Part shown: positions 1-14,030 of the stretch, in pieces | How the letters are laid out: the number at the start of each line of letters is the position of its first letter | How positions within the stretch are numbered: position 1 is the first letter of the stretch | Assembly (NCBI GenBank): GCA_030704615.1 | Contig: CM060733.1 | Coordinates: 70,432,001 to 70,496,000, forward strand | Direction of reading: 5' to 3' | From: Takakia lepidozioides | Taxonomy: Eukaryota > Plantae > Bryophyta | Length of the DNA: 64,000 nucleotides | The notes under the pieces: generated by a model | Seen by the model: only the letters and a program-made list of their open reading frames with translations | What the model was told of the DNA's origin: nothing | The model's database searches: none | Program-made: the position numbers and the translations under genes

Positions 1-483
1 CCTTGTGAAACTGAGAAGGAAAGATTGTCCAAACGATTCTTCCAGAGGTTTTTGGAATTACCGGACGGTTGTAAAGAAAACATTCTTAAGAGAGTGCATG
101 ATGCTGACCCAGAGTGGGGTCTGGAGAAAGGAGTGATAAAGATTTATCAGGTGGCCTGTAGAGGAAGAGCACGTTGGTTACCAACATTGGTATATGTGAT
201 AGCATTGCTATCCATTAAGCGAGTAGAGTTTGAAGGCTGGGAGGAAAGAAAAGTGAATGTTTATACTCATATGTATGAAGAGCTTGTACTGGTAAAGAAT
301 TGGATTCCAAAGGATATTTTGTGGATCAAACTCACACCAAGAACAGCTTTTCAGACTTGTTTGCCATATGGTTATATGGTAACGGAGACTTCAAGTATAA
401 CCAAGGGTGCATTGAAGCTTGAAAGAAACCCAGGCATATACGAGAGATATTACAGAAGAGAGTTTTGGTTATTGCCACATTAA
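1..483 (+). CDS. Extra ORF upstream of gag (ORF0), 5'-partial, unknown function
   Basis: Open from the window start (PCETEKERLSKRFF...) to TAA at 483, 21 nt before the gag ATG. Same protein as 7315-8009 in copy B. Confidence 0.7.
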   Translation, partial: PCETEKERLSKRFFQRFLELPDGCKENILKRVHDADPEWGLEKGVIKIYQVACRGRARWLPTLVYVIALLSIKRVEFEGWEERKVNVYTHMYEELVLVKNWIPKDILWIKLTPRTAFQTCLPYGYMVTETSSITKGALKLERNPGIYERYYRREFWLLPH

Positions 484-504
484 AAGAAATGAAAGACATG
501 GGAC

Positions 505-3500
505 ATGAGTGATGAAAGAGAAGCTAGACGCCAGAGATATTCAGCAAAAAGAGAAAGCTATCTGAAAGCTAATTATCCATATCTTTGGGAGAGAGGAATA
601 GACATAGGGGAATCATCTGGACCTCTCACGCCATTAAGATCAAAGAGTACATCACCCATACCAGAAGAACTAGAGTTGAATGACACTCCTTCTGTTTCTT
701 TGCGAGAAAGATTAAGGGAATTGGTACGAGAAGAAGATCAATCACGAGGTGAAAGATCTGAGGTACATCCCTGGATAAAAGATTTGATAGAAATCTTTGA
801 TAAGAGTTGGCATGGAACACCAAAAGCAGGAACTCCAGTTTCTGAAGCGGAAGGTGAAGAAGGAGGAGAGGATGTGGCAGAGCCAACGGAGAGTTCAGAC
901 TCTCCAACACCATTGCAGTTGAGTTACATGAGTGAAGAAGAAACCCAAGGGCAGAACTTGGAGGATGAAAACAGAGAGAAGAAATTGGAAGAAGAAGAAT
1001 ATGAAGAAGTAGACCCAACAGCTGAGGTTGAGACTACAACCAGGACATCCCAACCCGTTGGACCTGGATCAAGTGGAGCACTTGGATCGCAAGCCAACGA
1101 AGGTGTCGGCTCAGGGGGATCAGGCGGGCTGCCTGGATCTGGCTCTGGGGGGACAGGGAGTGTGAGAAGTAATGCAACTGAAGCTGGGAATACTGTGAAT
1201 ATCGTGGGGCCAGAAGCAGGGAGTGCTCAAGGGCCACCACTTGGTGGAAGATCCACCACAAAAACAACAGGTCCAGAAGGACCAGCACCAGCAAGGGTGC
1301 CAGCACCTGTTAGTGGGCAGAAGGTAGGGCCACAGATGGCGTTACAACCAACACGGGCAAAACCACCTTTTCCAATATATTCAGGAAAAGGGGATCCTGA
1401 TGTACACATTAGCCAATTTGAGCACATGTGTATAGTGAACAATGAGAATGGCGATGATGCCAAGATGAGACTGTTTCCGTGACTTATAAAGAAAGCAAGT
1501 GAATGGTATGCAAGATTCCCTGATAATCATTTCCTAACCTGGAATGGCTTGAATACAGCATTTCGAAATAGGTTCAGGACAAGTAAAACTAAGGATGAAG
1601 TGTATGGAAGTTTACAACAGCTGAAGCAGAAGAAGCATGAAACTGTTGAAGAGTATATGGAGAAGATGGAATTGATGATGAAAAAGCTGGCTGCAGTACC
1701 AGCACCTGGTTTACAGAAGACTTGGTTTGTGAGTGGACTAAGACCAGAGTTGCAAAAGAAAGTGGATATGTTACCCCATAATACAGTGGAGGAGGCATTT
1801 GAAACTGCAAATAGAATTGAGCAATTGGGAATGCTCAGGAGAGAGAAAAGGGATGATGAAGACTCTGAGGAGGAGTCAGATGAAGAAGAAGAGCAAGAAC
1901 TAAAAAGGAAGAGTAAGAGAAAGGAGAAGTTGAAGAGGGATAACTATGAAAAAAGATTGGAAGAAATCTTGAAGAAATATGCCACAGAGGCTGCAACACA
2001 TTGGAGGAAGGGTGTATGGTGTGCAAAGTGCCAAAATGAAGGCCATACCACCACAAAATGCCACATGAAGGAGAAACACTGTACTATCTGTAAAATGGAT
2101 AACCATTCTATTGAGAATTGTTACTACAACAGAAGGACAGCTGCAAGAGAACCTAGGCAAGTAAGGGTGCATCAGGTGCAGCCCCAGCCAAGAAGAAACA
2201 ATGATCAGGACCACTATGGTAGGTCTGGTGGTTATAACAATGGCATGGAAGGGAGAGGTAATTCAAGAGGGAATTACCAAGGAAATTCCAGAGGCAACTA
2301 TCAGGGTAATCCAAGGGGGAATTACCAGCCCGGGAATCAGGATTATAGAAATAATCCAAGAACAGACCAAGGGCAAGGACCCAATGGTGAAGAGCTATGT
2401 TACTATTGTAATCAGCCAGGACATCGCAAGGCAGCCTGTTCATTCTAGATAAGACACCAGAATGAGATGAGAGCTCCTGTGAATGAGGGCCCAGTGGTGG
2501 CAGCTCACATGGTTAGGCCATGTGTTGTACCAGAAGTAAGTACAATGATAGTAACAAGAAGCAAAGCCAAATTAATACTCCGGTAGTTGAGGAAGATGAT
2601 GATAATGAAGGTGGCAGTGATATACCTGAAGATGATGGGGCTTGGAGAGAGGAGAAGGAACTGCACAAGGAAGTGGCAGATACCATAAGGGAAATGCAGA
2701 AGAGTACTGATATTCCTGTGGCAGATTCCTCTGATTCAAATGGAGAAGAAGAAGGGAGTGAAGATGAAAGGAAGAAAGAAGATGCAGACATGCAAAGTAA
2801 TGAAGAAACTTTGGCTGAAGTAATATGCCAGACCAAAGCAGAAATTACCATTGGACAGCTATTGGCTGTGGCACCTTATTGTAGGCACGAGCTGTATCAA
2901 GCAATCAATCAAATTGCCCAGGAGACCGGAAACACAGACCTGAACAGCAAGGTGACCAGTTATACTGTGAAGCCGGAAGGGCAAGAAACAGTCATGGACT
3001 TTGATGATTCTATGCTAGTAATCCAATTGAGAATTGGAAGCACAAAACTAACTGATGTACTGATAGATGGAGAATCTGGAGTAAATATCATGACAGACCA
3101 ATTGAGAAAGAAGCTTGGTCTAAGTAACATGAAACCAGCCCCATTTACAGTAACAATGGCAGATCAAAGAAGTGTACAGCCATTGGGATTAATAAGAGGA
3201 GTTAAGATACAGACACAGAAGATGATCTTTATGATCACAGTAACTGTGTTGAAGATGGATGAAGTCATGGAGGCTTACTCCTTATTATTGGGACGTCCGT
3301 GGCTGAAGCAGGCCAGGGTATTCCATGACTGGAATTCTCAGTTATTAACCGTGCATAATGGGATACACGAGATACAAATTACCACAAAGAAATCTAGTAG
3401 ATTACCTGCTACAAGAAGACCTCGAGGAGTCAGAGAGTATGACTGGAGAGAATGATTGGATGAGGAGCAGGAAGCTACCCTGTTTGCTGCACACCCAGAG

Positions 3501-6390
3501 TGGGGGCAAGTTGCAGAGATGCGGCTGGAAAGCCTAAGTTATTTAAGAGGTATCTGCTGTGGTGTAGTGACAGCAACACCAACTGAAGAGGAAACCAGCA
3601 GTTACCCATCACATTTCTATGAAGAAAGAGAAGGAGAAATGGAAATCCTAGAGGAACCAGCCACTGTGAGCTTACAGGATGAAGTGGTGACTGGTTGGAC
3701 AATCGCAGCTGATGAGCAGGTGAGGGAAGTGAATGTGGGAACTAAAGAGGAACCGAGGATGGTGAAAGTAGGAGCTGATTTGGAGCCAGAATTCTTTGAA
3801 GAAGCTAAGAGCTTGTTCATCAAATACAGAGATATATTTGCTTGGAGCTATGAGGATCTAAAAGGAATACCACCTGAAGTCTGTCAGCATAAGATTGAAC
3901 TGGAACCAGGGTCAGTACCAATCAACAGGCGAGGTACAGAATGAATCCCAACTACGCACAGAAGGTTGGAGAAGAGATCAAGAAGTTGGCTGAGGCTAAG
4001 TTTATATACCCAATAGAGTATACAACTTGGTTGTCACCCATTGTTATAGTTCCCAAGAAGAATGGTAAACTAAGAGTATGTGTGAACTACAAGAAGCTAA
4101 ATGCTTGTACGAAGAAAGATCCTTTTCCTTTGCCATTCACAGAAGCAGTATTGGACAATGTAGCAGGCCATGAGATTTACTCATTCATGGATGGGTTCAG
4201 TGGTTATAATCAAGTACAAGTGGCAGAAGGAGACCAAGGAAAAACAGCTTTCATCACAGACTGGGGTGCTTATGCATACAAAGTCATGCCCTTTGGACTT
4301 TGTAATGCACCAGCGACATTTCAAAGAGTGATAAGTGAATCTTTTCATGAGTATCTGGATGATTTCATGCAGGTGTTCTTGGATGATTTCAGTGTGTACA
4401 GCTCTAAGAATGAACACTTGCATAAATTGGAGTTATGCTTGGCCAGATGCAGGATGAGAGGTCTGGGCCTGAATCCAGAGAAGTGTACTTTCTGTGTGAA
4501 CTCGGGGGTGCTTCTGGGACACATTGTGTGTAAGAGGGGACTTCTTGAGGATCCCAGGAAGACAGAGGCCATTAAAGCCTCTCCACCACCAGTGAATGTT
4601 AAGAGTCTAAGGAGATTCCTTGGGCAAACCAGTTATTACAGAAGATTTGTCAAAAGGTATGCACAAATAGCAGCACCATTGAGCAAGCTACTGAAGAAAG
4701 ATGCAGTGTTTGCCTGGACAGCTGAATGTCAACAGGCGTTCGAGGAACTTACACTGTCAGTAACAACTACACCTGTGCTGATTAACCCTCACTGGCATGT
4801 AGTATTTCACGTTCACTGCGATGCATCAGGAGAAGCGTTGGGAGCGGTGTTAGCCCAGAATGTTACAGGAAATATAGATTCACCTGTGTACTATGCTAGC
4901 AGGTTGATGAACAGTGCTGAAAGGAACTATAGCACAACTGAAAGAGAAGCACTGGCAATGATTTATGCAGTCAAGAAATTCAGGCATTACCTATTGGGAA
5001 GAAAGTTTATGTTTTATGTGGATCACCAGGCTCTGATATATCTGGTGAACAAACCTTTGATAAGTGGAAGGATAGCGAGGTGGTTGATAATCTTGCATGA
5101 GTTTGAGTTCGAAGTTATTTACAAGCCTAGCCGTTTGCATCTTGTGGCAGATCATTTGTCACGACTAACAACAGGAGAGGCTGCCACAGGAGTGGACGAT
5201 CAGTTACCTGATGCGAGTTTATTTGTAATGGAGGTGAAAGGAAGTGCGGATGAATGGTTAGATTGGCAGTGGCCAATCAGATACTACCTTACTCATGGTC
5301 AATGCCCACCTAGTTATGGTAAGGAGCAGAGGAAGAGAATCGCTATCAAAGCTTTACCTTATACTATGGTAGGAAGCAGAATGTATAAGCTAGGACCTGA
5401 TGGAGTACTAAAACGATGTTTGTACCACCATGAAGTAAATAAAGTTCTGGAGGAAGTTCATAAAGGAGTGGCTGGAGGTCATTTTGGAGAAGAGACTACC
5501 AGTAGGAAGCTACTACTCGCAGGTTACTGGTGGCCTACTTTGTTCAAAGATGTACACGAGTATTGTCAGAGTTGTGATGAATGTCAGAGGCTAGGACCTT
5601 TGCAGAGATCTGGAAGGATGGCCTTGCATCCTACAATGCCTACGGAACCATTTCAGAAATGGAGACTAGACTTTGTTGGACCAATTAACCCACCAGCCAA
5701 GAATACACGGAACAGGTACATAATTACAGCCACTGATTATACTACGAAATGGGTGGAAGCTAAAGCTTTGAGGGACAACACAGCCAAGTCCACAGCAAGG
5801 TTTCTATATAAGAACATACTTACACGATTTGGCTGTCCCTTAGAATTAATCAGTGATCAGGGAAGTCACTTCATTAATGAGACCATTGAATTATTGACTA
5901 AAGAATTCATGATTGTGCATAGGAAGAGTACAACATATTACCCACAGGGTAATGGACAGGCAGAGGCTACCAACAAAATACTATGTACTATCTTGGCTAA
6001 GATAGTCAATGCAAACAGAACGGATTGGGATACAAAGCTGTTGACAGCTACAGTACTTCATATAAAGTCACCACTAAGTATACACCATTCCAATTAGTTT
6101 ATGGTATGGAAGCCTTACTTCCAGTGGAATTCCTGTTACCTACCATGAGAACGGAGTGGGGAAAAAGAATGGAATTGCAAGATTCCATTAAGGTCGGGAA
6201 ACATGAATTATATCATGTGGAAGAAGTACGTGCTGATGCAGCTGATAATATGACCAGAATTCAGATGAAGAGGAAGGAACAGTTTGATGAAGGCAAGTTA
6301 AAACTTTTAAGACGAGAGATTTGGTTCTATGGTTGCAGAAAAAGGGAAAGATTAAAGCTTCTAAGCTTAAATCACCATGGAAAGGACATT
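505..6390 (+). pseudogene. gag-pol polyprotein, copy A (disrupted)
   Basis: Retrotransposon gag core. Three CCHC knuckles (CAKCQNEGHTTTKC, CTICKMDNHSIENC, CYYCNQPGHRKAAC). Protease LIDGESG. RT (MPFGLCNAPATFQR, VFLDD). RNaseH (CDAS, NYSTTEREALA). Integrase HHCC, LDFVGP, SDQG, GQAE. Split into ORFs 505, 1549, 2520, 3456, 3941 and 6025 by stops and frameshifts. Confidence 0.95.
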
Positions 6391-7257
6391 TGTTAGAGGA
6401 CTGTCTGGGACTTAGACACTTAAACGGGATCTGTAGGGTACCCTTAATTTTTGCACAGATTGAGACCAATAGGAGCCTTAGGGGTGACAGCAGCGCACTG
6501 TAGAGGGGGGTTACACAGCCCGTCATAGTAGTCACAGCCGACACAGCCAACACAGCCCGTTACAGTCATCACAGCCGACACAGCCAACACAACCCATTAC
6601 AGTCGTCATAGCAGACACAGCCGACACAGCCCGTCACAGTCGTCACAGCCGACACAGCCATCACAGCCGACACAGCCCGACACAGCTGACACAGCCACAC
6701 AGCTAGTCACAGCCCGACACAGCCAAACACAGTCGCACAGCCAGTCACAGCCCGTCATAGTTTCACACAGCCAGTCACAGCTTGACACAGCTGTCACGAT
6801 CATAGGGAACGGAGAGCAGGACAGGGAACGACTGTGGGGAACAACACCTGCGAAGGGAACATGTTAGTTCACAGACGACGGTTAGTGAGGGAAACGGTTA
6901 GAACCACGGGTAGGAAGATAAAGGGAGAAGCGGGGAATTTTGGGGAGATCATTCGGTGGAGGACTTCTTGGTCATGGAAGAGAGGGGATCGGGCAGAGAT
7001 TAAGAACGGAAGTGAAGATAGAGAGATGATGAGTAGATGCTTGTTATATGCAAGGCTGTAATGATATTGTAGAGCAGATTAGAGACACAATGGCTTCGGC
7101 CTGATACCTGATAAATCATAATCGGATACTTTCACGATACAATCACACTATGTAGAGAGATCTGAGTGAAGCTGTGGAATGAATGGATGAGTTGATGGAA
7201 TCCAATAGATTGATAAAGCAAACTGATACTTAATTATCAATGGTAAGGTAGCTAACA
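6391..7257 (+). repeat. Probable 5' LTR of copy B (~867 bp)
   Basis: Begins TGTTAG exactly where copy A is cut and ends CTAACA (6-bp terminal inverted repeat, TG...CA), 57 nt before the ORF0 ATG. No second LTR in the window to confirm. Confidence 0.7.
6514..6800 (+). repeat. Degenerate (A)CACAGCC(G) 9-10-bp tandem repeat inside the LTR
   Basis: About 25 copies of cacagc(c) in units such as acacagccg and tcacagccc. Confidence 0.9.
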
Positions 7258-7314
7258 TGAATGCCAAAAGGGAAACAAATAGGAAACACCCCCATGATAC
7301 ACTAGCTGTAGGTC

Positions 7315-8009
7315 ATGACTGATTGTTCTGCGCGGGCTGAGTACTTAGAGATTTCCAACTCTTCTATCTTGGAGTTTCCGCCTCGAATAGCGAAGGGATG
7401 GGTGAGTAAATGTCGCGCGACATTTGGCGACCATACTGGGGAACTGAGTCATGAACAACCAGATGTGACAGGCATCTGGTGGGATCATGGTGGTTGGACC
7501 ATTAAAGAATTTGAAGTGAATCAAATTCCCTGTGGAACGAAGGAAGAAAGATTGTCCAAACAATTCTTTCAAAGGTTCTTGGAATTGCCAGACAGTTGTA
7601 AAAAAAATATTCTTAAGCGAGTGCATGATGCTGATCCGGAATGGGGTCTGGAGAAAGGAGTGATAAAGATTTATCAGGTAGCCTGTAGAGGAAGAGCACG
7701 TTGGTTACCAACATTGGTTTATGTGATAGCATTGCTATCCATTAAGCGAGTAGAGTTTGAAGGCTGGGAAGAAAGAAAGGTGAATGTTTATACTCATATG
7801 CATGAAAGCTTGTACTGGTAAAGAATTGGATTCCAAAGGATATTTTGTGGATCAAACTCACACCAAGAACAGCTTTTCAGACTTGTTTGCCATATGGTTA
7901 TATGGTAACGGAGACTTCGAGTATAGCCAAGGGTGCATTGAAGCTTGAAAGAAACCCAGGCATATACGAGAGATATTACAGAAGAGAGTTTTGGTTATTG
8001 CCACATTAA
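7315..8009 (+). pseudogene. ORF0 upstream of gag, copy B (~230 aa, 1-bp frameshift at ~7806)
   Basis: ATG at 7315. TATGAAGAGCTT in copy A vs CATGAAAGCTT in copy B shows the 1-nt deletion. Same stop context (CCACATTAA) as copy A. Confidence 0.75.
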
Positions 8010-8030
8010 AAGAAATGAAAGACATGGGAC

Positions 8031-11000
8031 ATGAGTGATGAAAGAGAAGCTAGACGCCAGAGATATTCAGCAAAAAGAGAAAGCTATCTGAAAGCTAATT
8101 ATCCATATCTTTGGGAGAGAGGAATAGACATAGGGGAATCATCTGGACCTCTCACACCATTAAGATCAAAGAGTACATCACCTATACCGGAAGAACTAGA
8201 GTTGGATGCCACTCCTTCTGTTTCTTTGCAAGAAAGATTAAGGGAATTGGTATAGGAAGAAGATCAATCACGAGGTGAAAGATCTGAGGTACATCCTTGG
8301 ATAAAAGATTTGACAGAAATCTTTGATAAGAGTTGGCATGGAACACCAAAAGCAGGAACTCCAGTTTCTGAAGCAGAAGGTGAAGAAGGAGAAGAGGATG
8401 TGGCAGAGCCAACGGAGAGTTCAGACTCTCCAACACCATTACAGTTGAGTTACATGAGTGAAGAAGAAACCCAAGGGCAGAACTTGGAGGATGAAAACAG
8501 AGAGAAGAAATTGGAAGAAGAAGAATATGAAGAAGTAGACCCAACAGTTGAGGTCGAGACTACAACCAGGAAATCCCAACCCGTTGGACCTAGATCAAGT
8601 GGAGCACTTGGATCACAGGCCAACGAAGGTGTCGGCTCAGGGGGATCAGGCGGGCTGCCTGGATCTGGCTCTGGGGGGACAGGGAGTGTGGGAAGTAGTG
8701 CAACTGAAGCTGGGAATACTGTGAATATCGTGGGGCCAGAAGCAGGGAGTGCTCAAGGGCCACCACTTGGTGGAAGATCCACCACAAAAACAACAGGTCC
8801 AGAAGGACCAGCACCAGCAAGGGTGCCAGCACCTGTCAGTGGGCAGAAGGTAGGGCCACAGATGGCGTTACAACCAACACGGGCAAAACCACCCTTTCCA
8901 ATATATTCAGGAAAAGGGGATCCCGATGTACACATTAGCCAATTTGAGCACATGTGTATAGTGAACAATGAGAATGGCGATTCAAGATGAGACTGTTTCC
9001 TTGTTCACTTATCAAGAAAGCAAGTGAATGGTATGCAAGATTCCCTGATAATCATTTCCTAACCTGGAATGGCTTGAATACAGCATTTCGAAATAGGTTC
9101 AGGACAAGTAAAACTAAGGATGAAGTGTATGGAAGTTTACAACAGCTGAAGCAGAAGAAGCATGAAACTGTTGAAGAGTATATGGAGAAGATGGAATTGA
9201 TGATGAAAAAGCTGGCTGCAGTACCAGCACCCGGTTTACAGAAGACTTGGTTTGTGAGTGGACTAAGACCAGAGTTGCAAAAGAAAGTGGATATGTTACC
9301 CCATAATACAGTGGAGGAGGCATTTGAAACTGCAAACAGAATTGAGCAATTGGGAATGCTCAGGAGAGAGAAAAAGGAAGATGAGGACTCTGAGGATGAG
9401 TCAGATGAAGAAGAAGAGCAAGAACTAAAAAGAAAGAGTAAGAGAAAGGAGAAGTTGAAGAGGGATAACTATGAAAAAGAATTGGAAGAAATCTTGAAGA
9501 AATATGCCACAGAGGCTGCAACACATTGGAGGAAGGGTGTATGGTGTGCAAAGTGCCAAAATGAAGGCCATACCACCACAAAATGCCACATGAAGGAGAA
9601 ACACTGTACTATCTGTAAAATGGATAACCATTCTACTGAGAATTGTTACTACAACAGAAGGACAGCTGCAAGAGAACCTAGGCAAGTAAGGGTGCATCAG
9701 GTGCAGCCCCAGCCAAGAAGAAACAATGATCAGGACCACTATGGTAGGTCTGGTGGTTATAACAATGGCATGGAAGGGAGAGGTAATTCAAGAGGGAATT
9801 ACCAAGGAAATTCCAGAGGCAACTATCAGGGTAATCCAAGGGGGAATTACCAGCCCGGGAATCAGGATTATAGAAATAATCCAAGAACAGACCAAGGGCG
9901 AGGACCCAATGGTGAAGAGCTATGTTACTATTGTAATCAGCCAGGACATCGCAAGGCAGCCTGTTCATTCTTGATAAGACACCAGAATGAGATGAGAGCT
10001 CCTGTGAATGAGGGCCCAGTGGTGGCAGCTCACATGGTTAGGCCATGTGTTGTACCAGAAGTAAGTACAATGATAGTAACAAGAAGTAAAGCCAAACTAA
10101 TACCTCCAGTAGAAGAGGAAGAAGATGATAAGGGAAGTGGCAATGATATGCCTGAAGATGAAGAGACTTGGAAAGATGAGAAGGAACTGCACAAGGAAGT
10201 GGCAGATACTATAAGGGAAATGCAAAAGAGTACTGATATTCCTGTGGCAGATTCCTCTGATTCAGATGGAGAAAAAGAAGGGAGTGAGGAAGAAAGGAAG
10301 AAAGAAGATGCAGACATGCAAAGTAATGAAGAGACTTTGGCTGAAGTAATATGCCAGACCAAAGCAGAAATTACCATTGGCCAGCTATTAGCTGTGGCAC
10401 CTTATTGTAGGCACAGGCTGTATCAAGCAATCAATCGAATTGCCCAAGAGACAGGAAACACAGACCTGAACAGCAAGGTGACCAGTTATAATGTGAAGCC
10501 GGAAGGGCAAGAAACAGTCATGGACTTTGATGATTCTATGCCAGTAATCCAATTGAGAATTGGAAGCAAAGAACTAACTGATGTACTGATAGATGGAGGT
10601 TCTGGAGTAAATATCATGACAGACCAATTAAGGAAGAAGCTTGGTCTAAGTAACATGAAACCAGCCCCATTTACAGTAACAATGGCAGATCAAAGAAGTG
10701 TACAGCCATTGGGATTACTAAGAGGAGTTAAGATACAGATACAGAAGATGATCTTTATGATCACAGTAACTGTGTTGGAAATGGATGAAGTCATGGAGGC
10801 TTACTCCTTATTATTGGGACGTCCATGGCTGAAACAGGCCAAGGTATTCCATGACTGGAATTCTCAGTTACTAACCCTGCATAATGGGATACACGAGATA
10901 CAAATTACCACAAAGAAATCTAGTAGATTACCTGCTACAAGAAGACCTCGAGGAGTCAGAGAGTATGACTAGAAAGGAGGACTGGATGAGGAGCAGAAGC

Positions 11001-14000
11001 TACCCTATTTGCTGCACACCCAGAGTGGGAGCAGGTTGCAGAGATGCGGCTGGAAAGCCTAAGTTGTTTGAGAGGTATCTGCTGTGGTGTAGTGACAACA
11101 ACACCAACTGAAGAGGAAACCAGCATTTACCCATCACATTTCTATGAAGAAAGAGAAGGAGAAATAGAAATCCTAGAAGAACCAGCCACTGTGAGCTTAC
11201 AGGATGAAGTGGTGACTGGTTGGACAATCACAGCTGATGAGCAGGTGAGGGAAGTGAATGTGGGAACTAAAGAGGAACCGAGGATGGTGAAAGTAGGAGC
11301 TGATTTGGAGCCGGAATTCTTCGAAGAAGCTAAAAGCTTGTTCATCAAATACAGAGATGTATTTGCTTGGAGCTATGAGGATCTAAAAGGGATACCACCT
11401 GAAGTCTGTCAGCATAAGATTGAACTGGAACCAGGGTTAGTACCAATCAAGCAGGCGAGGTACAGAATGAATCCCAACTACGCACAGAAGGTTGGAGAAG
11501 AGATCAAGAAGTTGGCTGAGGCTAAGTTTATATACCCAATAGAGTATACAACTTGGTTGTCACCCATTGTTATAGTTCCCAAGAAGAATGGCAAACTAAG
11601 AGTATGTGTGAACTATAAGAAGCTGAATGCTTGTACGAAGAAAGATCCTTTCCCTTTGCCATTCACAGAAGCAGTATTAGACACTGTGGCAGGCCATGAG
11701 ATGTACTCATTCATGGATGGCTTCAGTGGTTATAATCAAGTGCAAGTGGCAGAAGAAGACCAAGGGAAAACAGCTTTCATCACAGACTGGGGGGCTTATG
11801 CATACAAAGTCATGCCCTTTGGACTTTGTAATGCACCAGCGACCTTTCAGAGAGTGATAAGTGAATCTTTTCATGAGTATCTGGATGATTTCATACAGGT
11901 ATTCTTGGATGATTTCAGTGTGTACAGCTCTAAGAATGAGCACTTGCATAAATTGGAGTTATGTTTGCCCAGATGCAGGATGAGAGGTCTGGGCCTGAAT
12001 CCGGAGAAGTGTACTTTCTGTGTGAACTCAGGGGTGCTTCTAGGACACATTGTGTGTAAGAAGAGACTCCTTGTGGATCCCAGAAAGACAGAGTCCATTA
12101 AAGCCTTTCCACCACCAGTGAATGTTAAAAGTCTACGGAGATTCCTTGGGCAAACCAGTTATTACAGGAGATTTGTCAAAAGGTATGCACAAATAGCAGC
12201 ACCATTGAGCAAACTACTGAAGAAAGATGCAGTGTTTGCCTGGACAGCTGAATGTCAACAGGCGTTTGAGGAACTTACACTGTCAGTAACAACTACACCT
12301 GTGCTGATTAACCCTCACTGGCATGTAGTATTCCATGTTCACTGCGATGCATCAGGAGAAGCGTTGGGAGCGGTGTTAGCCCAGAATGTTATAGGGAATA
12401 TAGATTCACCTGTGTACTATGCTAGCCGGTTGATGAACAGTGCTGAAAGGAACTATAGCACAACGGAAAGAGAAGCATTGGCAATGATCTATGCAGTAAA
12501 GAAATTCAGGCATTACCTGTTGGGCAAGAAGTTTATGTTCTATGTGGATCACCAGGCTCTGATATACCTGGTAAACAAACCTCTGATAAGCGGAAGAATA
12601 GCAAGATGGTTGATAATCTTGCACGAGTTTGAGTTCGAGGTTGTTTACAAGCCTGGGAGACTGCATCTTGTGGCGGATCATTTGTCACGATTGTCAACAG
12701 GAGAACCAGCCACAGGAATAGATGATCAATTACCAGATGCGAGTCTCTTTGCAGTGGAGGTGCAGGGAAGTGCAGATGACTGGTTAGATTGGCAGTGGCC
12801 AATCAGATACTACCTTGCTCATGGTCAGTGCCCACCTAGTTATGGTAAGGAGCAGAGGAAGAGAATCGCTATCAAAGCTTTACCTTATACTATGGTAGGA
12901 AGCAGAATGTATAAGCTAGGACCTGATGGAGTACTAAAACGATGTTTGTACCACCATGAAGTAAATAAAGTTTTGGCGGAAGTTCATAAATGAGTGGCTG
13001 GAGGTCATTTTGGAGAAGAGACTACCAGTAGGAAGATACTACTCGCAGGATACTGGTGGCCTACTTTGTTCAAAGATGTACACGAGTATTGTCAGAAGTG
13101 TGATGAATGTCAGAGGCTAGGACCTTTGCAGAGATCTGGAAGGATGGCCTTGCATCCTACAATGCCTACGGAACCATTTCAGAAATGGGGACTAGACTTT
13201 GTTGGACCAATTAACCCACCATCCAAGAATACACGAAACAGGTACATAATTACAGCCACTGATTATACTACAAAGTGGGTGGAAGCTAAAGCTTTGAGGG
13301 ACAACACAGCCAAGTCCACAGCAAGGTTCCTGTACGAGAACATACTTACACGATTTGGCTGTCCCTTAGAATTAATCAGTGATCAGGGAAGTCACTTCAT
13401 GAATGAGACCATTGAGTTGTTGACTAAAGAGTTCATGATTGTGCATAGAAAGAGTACAACATATTACCCACAGGGTAATGGGCAGGCAGAGGCTACCAAC
13501 AAAATACTATGTACTATCTTGGCTAAGATAGTCAATGCAAACAGAACGGATTGGGATACAAAGCTGCTGACAGCTTTGTGGTCATACAGGACTTCATATA
13601 AAGTCACTACTAAGTATACACCATTCCAATTAGTTTATGGTATGGAAGCCTTACTTCCAGTGGAATTCCTGTTACCTACCATGAGAACGGAGTGGGGAAA
13701 GAGAATGGAATTGCAAGACTCCATCAAGGTCAGGAAACATGAATTATACCATGTGGAAGAAGTACGTGCTGATGCAGCTGATAATATGACCAGAATTCAG
13801 ATGAAGCGAAAGGAACAGTTTGATGAAGGCAAGTTAAAGACTTTTAAGACGGGGGATTTGGTTCTATGGTTGCAGAAGAAAGAAAGATTCAAGCTTCTAA
13901 GCTTAAATCACCATGGAAAGGACCTTATGTCATACAAAAGATGTATGATAACAACCCCGCCATGTTACAAACCATTAACAAAGAAATGCTGGGAAGAGTC

Positions 14001-14030
14001 AATGCCAATAAGTTGAAGGGGTACAGTGGT
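8031..14030 (+). pseudogene. gag-pol polyprotein, copy B (disrupted)
   Basis: ORFs 8031, 8310, 8987, 11044, 12994 and 13866. Gag reads into protease (LIDGGSG) in one frame. RT VFLDD, RNaseH, INT, and a GPY/F module (KLKSPWKGPYVI...VNANKLKGY). Premature stops at ~8253, ~10970 and ~12991. Confidence 0.95.

Larger units (their letters stand above)
1..6390 (+). mobile_element. Ty3/gypsy LTR retrotransposon copy A (non-chromovirus type); 5' end outside the window, 3' end interrupted
   Basis: Domain order gag-PR-RT-RNaseH-INT. Colinear and near-identical with copy B until ...CCATGGAAAGGAC (~6387), then switches abruptly to an LTR-like sequence starting TGTTAG. Confidence 0.95.

Noticed and set aside
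3453-3455. Programmed stop/read-through between protease and RT (both copies stop near here)
   Set aside because: The stops are at different codons (GGA>TGA in A, TGG>TAG in B), so they are independent mutations.
626-12802. Antisense and alternative-frame ORFs over gag-pol, and similar ones over the MTase and transposase genes
   Set aside because: Shadow ORFs of the real coding frames with no motifs. Their duplication only reflects the two element copies.
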